This document shows, piece by piece, positions 1 to 8,200 of a DNA stretch of 38,084 bases; the first letter of the stretch is position 1, and every line of letters starts with the position of its first letter. Made by a program: the position numbers and the translations under genes. Source of the DNA: a virus. Taxonomy: Duplodnaviria > Caudoviricetes. A model generated the notes under the pieces. That model was not told the origin of the DNA. It saw nothing but the letters and a program-made list of their open reading frames with translations, and did not search any database. Where the stretch lies: positions 1 through 38,084 of the IMG/VR virus record IMGVR_UViG_3300005259_000012. One strand, written 5' to 3'.

Positions 1-57
1 TAGAGCAGTTGACTTGTAATCAGCAGGTCGTCGGTTCGAATCCGACAGCCGGCTCCA
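1..57 (+). tRNA. tRNA-Thr(TGT), 3' part (window starts in the D-loop); probable att site
   Basis: Anticodon arm GTTGA-CTTGTAA-TCAGC, T-arm GTCGG-TTCGAAT-CCGAC, CCA at 55-57; immediately followed by an integrase. Confidence 0.93.
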
Positions 58-73
58 TTTTTGACCCCCTCAC

Positions 74-168
74 AATCAATAATTTACGTTGATTTATCCG
101 AAAATTGAATTATAATTATCTCTGTCAATGTGTCAATTTTTGTGACAAAAACTTGTGACGCGTCACAA
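74..168 (+). promoter_or_regulatory. att-arm / integrase promoter region
   Basis: IHF consensus match AATCAATAATTTA (74-86); TTGATT-16-TATAAT (89-116); TGTCAAT x2 (123-137); TTTTTGT-G-ACAAAAA (137-151); perfect palindrome TTGTGACGCGTCACAA (153-168). Confidence 0.6.
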
Positions 169-196
169 ATAACGCCAAATAAGCGCAGGTGAGGAC

Positions 197-1474
197 ATGG
201 GATTATATAAACGCAGTGATACATGGTGGTGCGATTTTACTGTTAACGGCAAACGTTATCGGCTTTCAACTGGTCAGGCCAAGAAAGACGACGCGGAAAA
301 ATGGGAACGCGCCAAAGTTTCCGATTTGCGTGGAAATAAAGCCACTACTCAACTTTACCAAACCGTAAAGGCTGGCTTGGTTGAAAAACAAATTACTTTC
401 GCGGAAGCCTGGGAACACTTTAAGACATTCCCTCGGAAACATACGCCAGGAGAATCTGCAATCCGATATTATCAATCAACCTGGGAAGATTTTGTTGCGT
501 TTGCGGTTGATAACAAATGTTTATCCATTGCTGATGTGACGGAAGTTTTGTCACAACGCTATATTTCCCAAGTTAGAGAGCATGGCCGCTATTCACCGGT
601 GGAATATCGACGCGGCGGTAAAACTGTTGTCGTCCCGGTGGAAAAACTTTCGGACAAACTTTCTAATCGAACACAAAACGCATATCTGGTATCGTTAAAG
701 GTTATTTTTGATACGCTGGTCAAGGGGAAATACTGCCTGGAAAATCCATTCAAGGAAATTGACAAGCTGGCGACGGAATCGGTTGACCGAGAAGCTTTCA
801 CTCCCGAGGAATTACGGCTTATCGGCGAAAAGTCAAAAGACACCTGGTTGTATCCGCTGTTTTTGACCGGCATATGCACCGGGATGCGTGAGGGCGATAT
901 CTGTTTACTGGAATGGTCCAACATTAAAGACGGCTGGATCACGCGTAAAACGCGTAAGACCGGCGCGGAAATCAACTTGCCGATATTGCCACCTTTGGCC
1001 GCGTATTTGAAGTATCTGCCGCATTCCGGACAATATGTATTCCCGCAACTGGCCGCAACCTATCAAAAAGATTCGGCAGTTATTTCTAAAGCAGTCAAAG
1101 ACTTTCTGGCATCCTGCGATATTGTTGCGACAAAAGAAGTCGAAGGGCGCAGCCGGAAAGCATCGATCAAAGATGTTCATAGCCTGCGTCATACGTTTGC
1201 CTATATTGCCGCTGTCAATAATATTCCTCTGCCGATTGTGCAGTCAGTGCTCGGACACATGTCACCGGCAATGACCAAGCACTACATCGATCATGCGAGA
1301 AAAGAAGAAAAGGCAAAATTTCTGGCACAGTTGCCGGATTATCTATCCGCAGCCGCTCCGGACATAGAAAAAGCCGCGCCGGACTTGGTAACGATCCGGG
1401 CGCGGCTGGAGGCGATGACCGCCGAGAACTGGTTGACGGTCAGGGCTGAACTGCTGGCGCAGCTGGCACAATAA
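197..1474 (+). CDS. int: Tyrosine recombinase / phage integrase
   Basis: N-terminal arm-binding-like domain (WWCDFTVNGKRYRLST); catalytic TGMREGD, HSLRHT, LGH..MTKHY motifs. Confidence 0.95.
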   Translation: MGLYKRSDTWWCDFTVNGKRYRLSTGQAKKDDAEKWERAKVSDLRGNKATTQLYQTVKAGLVEKQITFAEAWEHFKTFPRKHTPGESAIRYYQSTWEDFVAFAVDNKCLSIADVTEVLSQRYISQVREHGRYSPVEYRRGGKTVVVPVEKLSDKLSNRTQNAYLVSLKVIFDTLVKGKYCLENPFKEIDKLATESVDREAFTPEELRLIGEKSKDTWLYPLFLTGICTGMREGDICLLEWSNIKDGWITRKTRKTGAEINLPILPPLAAYLKYLPHSGQYVFPQLAATYQKDSAVISKAVKDFLASCDIVATKEVEGRSRKASIKDVHSLRHTFAYIAAVNNIPLPIVQSVLGHMSPAMTKHYIDHARKEEKAKFLAQLPDYLSAAAPDIEKAAPDLVTIRARLEAMTAENWLTVRAELLAQLAQ

Positions 1475-2099
1475 AAGAGTCCAATGGATTCTGATTCTGA
1501 TCGGCGTTCGGGAACAAATACGCCGTCGTAGTCTTGGCGGTCTTATCGATGATGATCTTGTAAAATCCCGCCGGTACCGCCACTTTATCGCGTCCGATTG
1601 TCGGAGTGACCATTGGTAAATAGATTGGGCCGGTAATGATAATCAGTTCGTGACCTGTTTCGGACAGCTTGCGCACCCGTGCTTCCAACGCCTTCCAAAT
1701 GCCCCGGTTAAAGCCTGGAGCCTGCGGAGCGACGTTCGATGTGTAAAACGTCTCGCGCATCGTCTCGGCGTCAAATGACATGTCTTCCGCCGGGCATAAA
1801 TGCCCCAGATCATAGCCGGATTTGGCGTAATTCGACGCGGCAACCGAACCATGCGCCAGCGGATCGGGTTTAAAGCTCATGCCGTCACGATTGACCACGG
1901 ATAACTGATGCGCCGCCATTCGGTAAACCACGCGTTCGGGAACATGGGTAACCGTGTCGAAAACCGTCGAATAGTATTGACGGTCAACCCGATTACACGT
2001 GGTGTTGCGCATATCCGGCAAATAGGGCAACAGGCTGTTATCGGCCAGCGCTGCCGCGCCGGTCAATACCAGGGCGATAAATACGATTATCATCTTCAT
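1440..2099 (-). CDS. Secreted DNA/RNA non-specific endonuclease (NucA/Serratia beta-beta-alpha-metal family), C-terminus possibly shortened
   Basis: Signal peptide ending ALA; SGYDLGHLCPA (DRGH-like), SNVAPQ..FNRGIWKALE, GP, VAVPAGFYKI. Confidence 0.88.
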   Translation of the reverse strand: MKMIIVFIALVLTGAAALADNSLLPYLPDMRNTTCNRVDRQYYSTVFDTVTHVPERVVYRMAAHQLSVVNRDGMSFKPDPLAHGSVAASNYAKSGYDLGHLCPAEDMSFDAETMRETFYTSNVAPQAPGFNRGIWKALEARVRKLSETGHELIIITGPIYLPMVTPTIGRDKVAVPAGFYKIIIDKTAKTTTAYLFPNADQNQNPLDSFIVPAAPAVQP

Positions 2100-2686
2100 T
2101 TGCTGGTTACTCCGGTATCGGTGGACGTGCTGGTGTCAATCTTGCTGTTAGCGGTGTCGGTACTGATTTTTGACATGGACTCAACAACCTTTGCGGTATC
2201 AGTAGCGGATTCGTCCTCGGTACTGATATAAGTCCAGCTTACGCCGGACGCTCCGGCACTGGTGATTGACCCCAAAAAGCTCATTGATTTACTGTAGGCG
2301 ATAACTCGCTTGTTCGCGTTTTTGGGAGCGTCAACCGCCGCCGAATTTGCGCCGCCGATAGTGGCGTTTATCATGGGCGTGCCGCTGCTGGTACTGCCTG
2401 CGGCCGGTTCGATTTTTACCGCCTGGACACTACCCGCACCCGCCAAGACTTTATTGGTCAGCCACTGGTGATGTTCGGTAATGACCGTGCCGTCCGGCTT
2501 CTTGGTTTCAATAGTGCTGCATCCGGCCGCCAGACAGACGATCCCGGCGCAAAAGACCAGCGCCCAGAAGTCCATCGGAGTTTTATGCCGATAGAAAGAC
2601 AGCGCACGCCAGAGATGCCGCGCCATCAACGACAACGCAGCCACAATCGACAATACCAGGCAGACAATTACGATAGTTTTCAACAT
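2096..2686 (-). CDS. Putative lipoprotein (spanin-position)
   Basis: AAGGAG RBS; two N-terminal hydrophobic segments, the second ending in lipobox LAAGC; Ser/Thr-rich tail. Confidence 0.65.
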   Translation of the reverse strand: MLKTIVIVCLVLSIVAALSLMARHLWRALSFYRHKTPMDFWALVFCAGIVCLAAGCSTIETKKPDGTVITEHHQWLTNKVLAGAGSVQAVKIEPAAGSTSSGTPMINATIGGANSAAVDAPKNANKRVIAYSKSMSFLGSITSAGASGVSWTYISTEDESATDTAKVVESMSKISTDTANSKIDTSTSTDTGVTSK

Positions 2687-2716
2687 GATATAATACTCCT
2701 TTGCCCGTTTCGGGCG

Positions 2717-2941
2717 TTATTTTAAATATTCCTTGAAGCCTAATGCCAACATGCCGAGAACCGCAGTAATCACGATCCCGACCGCCGTTTTAATGGCCGC
2801 CTTTTTGCCGACTCGCAAAGCCTCGGCAAAACTGTTGACCATGGTCACCGCGTCCGGGGTTAATCCCAACGGGCATGTTTGATGCTCCTGTTTGGCGGCA
2901 ACCGCCTTGACAATTCGTTCAATGTCGCTATCGGTCAGCAT
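2717..2941 (-). CDS. Small membrane protein, holin-like (74 aa from MLTDSD)
   Basis: ATG overlaps the upstream TAA (TAATG); single C-terminal TM segment flanked by lysines; lysis position. Confidence 0.55.
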   Translation of the reverse strand: MLTDSDIERIVKAVAAKQEHQTCPLGLTPDAVTMVNSFAEALRVGKKAAIKTAVGIVITAVLGMLALGFKEYLK

Positions 2942-3435
2942 TACACCGCCCCACTTTCCGCCGTAATTGGCGCATGGGCGCTTTGCCATGCTTCAAGGCC
3001 GAATCGTTCACAAGCCGTGAAGATATTCCAGCATTGAATTTCGCGTTTGGCTTTGGCAATGGGTTCTTTCCACCAACTCAACAGTGCGGCGACCAGTCTT
3101 TTGCAGTTGGCATATAGCCGTTTGTTGGCGGTGTGGAAACTGGATTCTGTGCCGTCGCTGTTCTGGAAATCCCAATCGTGAATCATAAAAGCAGCTTCAA
3201 AAAACGCATAATGAGCAGTCAGCTTGTCGCGCAATACATCGTCTACTTGATCCGGTTTGACCTTGAAAACATGTTCCGCCAGCCAATCGAATACGGAATT
3301 GAAGTGATCCGGTCCGCATCCGTTATAAACAGTCCGAATTGTTTCATCCGTGGCATTCTTAAACGAATCCGGCATATCCAGATTGTGCATGATTGCCAGC
3401 GTTCGCAGGCCGTGAATTTTGTCAATACTGTACAT
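2941..3435 (-). CDS. Phospholipase A2-like protein
   Basis: YNGCGP loop, IHDWDF His-Asp motif, later ANKRLYANC helix; AGGAGG RBS. Confidence 0.6.
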   Translation of the reverse strand: MYSIDKIHGLRTLAIMHNLDMPDSFKNATDETIRTVYNGCGPDHFNSVFDWLAEHVFKVKPDQVDDVLRDKLTAHYAFFEAAFMIHDWDFQNSDGTESSFHTANKRLYANCKRLVAALLSWWKEPIAKAKREIQCWNIFTACERFGLEAWQSAHAPITAESGAV

Positions 3436-3451
3436 AAAAACATTCCTCCTG

Positions 3452-3955
3452 TTAATTGGTTGCCGTCCATGCCAGAACCTGCGCGAAGCTGTATGGCTTG
3501 TCGCCCATGGCCGAGAAGTCGGTGGATACTACCGCCCCGGCGGCAAGTTGCGCCTTGCGGGTGTAATACTCCGCCCATACCGCTTGGCCCCATGCCAGAT
3601 TTGCCAACATAAAAGCATTGTCGGGATTGATAACGGTTGTCCCGATGATGGTTTTTCCCGCCTGCTGGCGCTCGTAATTCTGAATGCCAAGCTGATAGGC
3701 ATCGGTTTCTGATTTGGAGAGCCGGGACGCGGCGGGGGCATTCGCGCCACTGTAATAGTTTTCTGCCGACTGCCAGAGTTCGGCAGGGCTGGGCAGAAGC
3801 GGATTGAATTTCGCCACTTCTTCCCGTGCTGCGGCTATCTGCGCTTCCGTAGCGCCATCGGCGTAGGTGACGACGTACTGATTATCCGCGGTCTGGCATA
3901 CCGAAACAATCGGGCAGACGGCAGCAATGGCGGCGTGTAAATCGAATAATTTCAT
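3452..3955 (-). CDS. Tail-fibre-associated (assembly/chaperone-like) protein, start MKLFDL
   Basis: AAGGGA RBS before ATG 3955; directly downstream of the fibre; the longer ORF call overlaps the fibre gene. Confidence 0.55.
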   Translation of the reverse strand: MKLFDLHAAIAAVCPIVSVCQTADNQYVVTYADGATEAQIAAAREEVAKFNPLLPSPAELWQSAENYYSGANAPAASRLSKSETDAYQLGIQNYERQQAGKTIIGTTVINPDNAFMLANLAWGQAVWAEYYTRKAQLAAGAVVSTDFSAMGDKPYSFAQVLAWTATN

Positions 3956-3966
3956 GGCGATATCCC

Positions 3967-5238
3967 TTAATTGTAGAGGATGAAGAATGAATAAGTGCTG
4001 CTGCCCCAAACGGTAAAGCTGGTGCCGCCGTTCTCGAACTGCGTCATATATGAGTAGCCGATAGGAACTTCCATGCCAGTCTGCAATGAGTTGACTAAAT
4101 ACCCGGACGTATATTGCGTTTGTGTGAAGTTGTAATTGGAACCATTGTAAACCAGGAATGTATAAATACATCCTGATCCGCCAGAGGCATACTGACCAGA
4201 ATGTCCAGAGATGTATTGCGGCATTCCCAAGATAAACTCGCCACGAACCTGTCCTGTCCCGCCGTTGTATTCACGCGCCGTGCTCGTTGTATACGTCCAT
4301 GAGGCGTTTGTGTTGTATGTCGCGACCCGGCGCACGCGCTGGTTATAGTAGTTCCAGACAAAGCGCTGATAAAGGGTATCGGCACACGTCCCCGCCGTGG
4401 AAGTGGTTCGGATCATACCAAGATAACGATAAGTTGGCGCTCCAGATTTGACGTAAATGCCATCCTGCATTGCCAATGCCGTAGCCCGTGCATTATTACC
4501 GCTCCACGCTACTGCGGTCAAGGTAAGCGTACCGGCGTTGTTGTTGAGGAAAATATCGTAATTGGTAGTGGCTGCCAACCCCGTTAACGCCAGCGACAAC
4601 GTTGAGAACGCATAGTTTGCCCACTTGGTACCGTCATATAGCGCCACATCATTGCCGTTGTACGGCGCAAAGTATAGCGTAGTTCCCGCTGATACGGATG
4701 TGTTGCCTTCTGGATCGGCACTGGCAAGCGTCAAACGGCCGCAAGCCGGATGATGCAGTTTACTGTCCAACGCGGCCAGGTTTGTGTTAGCGGCACTTGC
4801 GTTATTGGCGGCATTAGTGGCGCTGATCACGGCAGCAGCGGCAGCCGCAGCCGCGGACTCTGCGCTGGTATTGGCATTAGTGGCACTGTTTGCTGCGTTG
4901 GTGGCGGCAGTCTGCGCCTGAGTGAGCAAAGTATTAAGGTTGTTTTGCGTCGTGGCGGACAAATTGCTGATCGAAGTTACGGCGTTAGCGGCAGCCGTCG
5001 TGGCCTCCGCAATTGCCGCCTGCAACGTTGCCCACACGTCATCGCTCAACGAGATGATAACCGGCCCTAAGACCAGTTCTGACGCCGAATACCAGGTTCC
5101 GCCAACTTTACGATAATATTTTCTGGTCAACGTATCACAGTAATAGTCGCCATTACTGCCCGTGTCCGTTGCCGGTATTCCCTGCGCCTCAATATAAGCC
5201 TGATTGCGCAGGGCGGTAAAAAATTCACTGATTGTCAT
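3967..5238 (-). CDS. Tail fibre / receptor-binding protein
   Basis: N-terminal P..TGSNGDYYCDT..YYRK...W module, Ala/Asn coiled-coil shaft, GRLTL..TLYFAPYNGN domain, aromatic/Gly-rich tip. Confidence 0.75.
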   Translation of the reverse strand: MTISEFFTALRNQAYIEAQGIPATDTGSNGDYYCDTLTRKYYRKVGGTWYSASELVLGPVIISLSDDVWATLQAAIAEATTAAANAVTSISNLSATTQNNLNTLLTQAQTAATNAANSATNANTSAESAAAAAAAAVISATNAANNASAANTNLAALDSKLHHPACGRLTLASADPEGNTSVSAGTTLYFAPYNGNDVALYDGTKWANYAFSTLSLALTGLAATTNYDIFLNNNAGTLTLTAVAWSGNNARATALAMQDGIYVKSGAPTYRYLGMIRTTSTAGTCADTLYQRFVWNYYNQRVRRVATYNTNASWTYTTSTAREYNGGTGQVRGEFILGMPQYISGHSGQYASGGSGCIYTFLVYNGSNYNFTQTQYTSGYLVNSLQTGMEVPIGYSYMTQFENGGTSFTVWGSSTYSFFILYN

Positions 5239-8200
5239 ATTTATCTCCTAAGACTTGCTGTCTTGCCCGACTGCGTTCCTGCCGGAAAATCTCTTTTATC
5301 TGACTGATGTCTTTATCAGAGGGATTTGCCGGATTAAGCTGACCGGCAGCAATGGCGTTGTTTATGGCAATTCTGGCATTTCTGCCCGCCTGTTGCGCGT
5401 ACCTGTAATAATCATCAGCATTTATATAATGGGTTTGATTATGCTCGCGGACAGTAGGTTGAGGCGCAAGCGGCCAATATGCAGCATCCGGATTCGCGCG
5501 ATTATAGTTCCAGAGCAGAGTGTCAGCGTCGGCCATGCCTGCCGGAGTAGACCGCACCGGCGACATGATCCGCCAAAGCATCGGCGGCACCAGGGTTTCT
5601 CCCGCGTCCTTGCTGATTTCATTGCCCCAAAGATCCAGTTTAGGCAACGGCGTAGAAAAACCCGTGCCGCGACTGGCATTAACCCAGAACGTATCGAGCC
5701 ATTGATCAAGTCCTGGCTGTAAATGGCTTTTGTTATCTCTGACAACCTCATCCATGCCGTTGACCGTCTGGCGCCAAGCGTTGGGAATCCATGATCCGGC
5801 GAAATTGCCGGTAAACTTGGCAATATCTCCACCACCTTCCGCCGCTTGAATCAGATCGCCAACCGCGTTCAAAAAAGTTTTGTCGCGGATATTTTGGACG
5901 GCAGAATTAAACAGCATCTTGCTTACTGTTTTGCCGTCTGCCCCATTACGAGCCATTTGCAACGCGCTGATGCCGTCAACTATCATTGCCAGCCCCTCAG
6001 CCAGCGGCTCGATGCGGTTATACGAGTACCAGGTGTCACCGATGCGGATCGAGGTCGGCGGCAGATTCCGCGCCATGAACGCGCCTTTGCCGCTGTCAAA
6101 AACGCCCGGCTTGGTTCCGGTGATCCACGGTTCACTGTCCTGATCGGGCTGACTCATTGACCACAACGCGCCCACCGTACCCCATGCGAGAACCTGTTCC
6201 GCCAGATGATGAATGGACTTGGTATCGAGCTTGCCGCGATTGCGCAATAATTCGGCTCCGAACTGCAATGCCCCGAGCGGAGATTTTCTAATCCCCGTCG
6301 TCAGAATATTGGCTGGCGTTTTTATAAACGGCAGCATAAACTTAGCCACCCAACCGGCCGGGGAATTGGATTCACGCAACTGCATCAGACGTTCCAGCAT
6401 CGGCCAGGGCTTGTTTTGAAATGCCAGTTCGATTGCGCGGTTACGCCCATGCAGCACGGCAGCGGAACGCGGATCGGCCAGTTGCTCTTTAATGCTGGCA
6501 GCCAGCTTGTCGCCGGACAGCCCTGCGGCCTTGGCCATACGATAAGCATAGGCGCTGGCTTCAACCGGCGCGACAATTCCTTTCGCCAATTCATCCGCCG
6601 CCACCAGGAAGCGTCCGGGAATACGCAACGCACGTCCCCATTTGCCACCGATAGCGGCATGGATATCGCCGGACTCGAATTTAGTTTCAGTTCCCAGGTG
6701 TCCGTTGGTTACCGGCAATTCCAGATCAAACGCTTTGACCGCATTTTTAAACGCGTCTTTCCAGTTGTGCCGGAACGCCTGATTCATCTGCTGGAACTCG
6801 CCGAAGCTTGCCGCTTCCGGATTCTTAACAAACTTATTGGCCAGCGCTTCAACAAAGCGGGTCGGCAAAAGATCCAGCGCTGCGTTGGCAATATTGCCCA
6901 ACGTATTTGCCGCATGGGTTTGCGGTCCGCTCAAAACCGAGTTGATCCAATATTCATAAACCTTATCGCCCAATGTGGCTTTGGCGGCTGAGATATCGCG
7001 CATAATCGACGCAACCATCTTTGTGTTGCTTGCCTGTTCCGGCGTCAGACCGAACGGATCAACGCCGTATTTCTGACGGATCGACTTGATAAGCGTGTTG
7101 ACGGTATCCGCTTCGGATTCGGCAAACTGTTTACGCGCGGCCGCCTTGAGGTTGTCCAGCTTGGCTTTTGCTTCCGCGCTGTTGGATTCTCTATATTCGC
7201 GCTGCGCTTCTGAGATTTTGTGCTGCATGTCCCGATATTTCTTGGACGGCAACAGCAACATTTCCTTGATCGCATTGCGATGAAATTCTTCCGGCGATTC
7301 GTATTCCTTGACGCGTCCGGCCGCCAGACTGCGCCCTGCTTCGGTGCGGGATTCAACATAATTCATCATTGCGTTAACCGCGGTCAAATCCTTTTTCCGG
7401 TAACGCTCGATCCAGTCTTTCGAGTTCATGAGCTGCTGACCAAGCCGAATATTCAAATCGCTGTCAGCTTTCAGCTCACCGGACGCCATACGGTCAATCA
7501 ATGTATTAGCCCCGTCGCGCTCGATCATGGCTTTCGCCTGCTGGTCAAGCGTTTCCCAATCAGACCGGCCGGGCTTATAATCCTCCATGATATCGTCATG
7601 AGCCTTGCGCGTATCCGGATTATCGCCGGGATTAACCTGGTGTTTTTCCCGAAGCGAATAATCATCCTTGACATTTTCCGGATTAACGCTATCCTTATTT
7701 ATGACGGCGTTAGGCTGGGCTCCGGCTTCTTCTAGCGGCAGATGCGACAATTCACTATCTGCTGAGCGGTTCAAGGAGCGCGATTGGTCGCTGATCGCGG
7801 ATGCAGGATGAGCAGTGTCATCAGGCTTAATTTCGTCAGAAATAACGGTGTCGTTTGGCCCTTGCTTTTCTAGCGGTGGATGCAGTTTTGATTTTCCACT
7901 GAGCGGTTCAAGGGGCGCAGTTGACTGCTGACTGCGGCTTGCGGAGAATGCCCCGTGAGACCAAATCCTGACACCGTTTATTTTTTTTCGTAATTCAGGA
8001 TATTCCGGGAATGCAGTTACAATTGAATATGCGTCTTCCCCTTGAATCTTTCTTAGTTCAATCGCACTAAATCCTTTGGGATAGCCATGTTTGACCAAAA
8101 GATAACGTCCGTAATTCCCCCTATCCGCCTGATACCATATTTCGCTGGGATTGTTCAATACATTGTGAATATATGAATCAGGATTATAGCCGTAACGCGC

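Noticed and set aside
3967-4330. Tyr/Asn/Ser-rich fibre tip as a DGR variable region
   Set aside because: No reverse transcriptase and no second near-identical template copy seen in the window.
7702-7978. CRISPR array, true tRNA genes, or a simple protein repeat
   Set aside because: Only two units and no cas genes; no T-arm or CCA; the conserved 15-mer lies in different reading frames.
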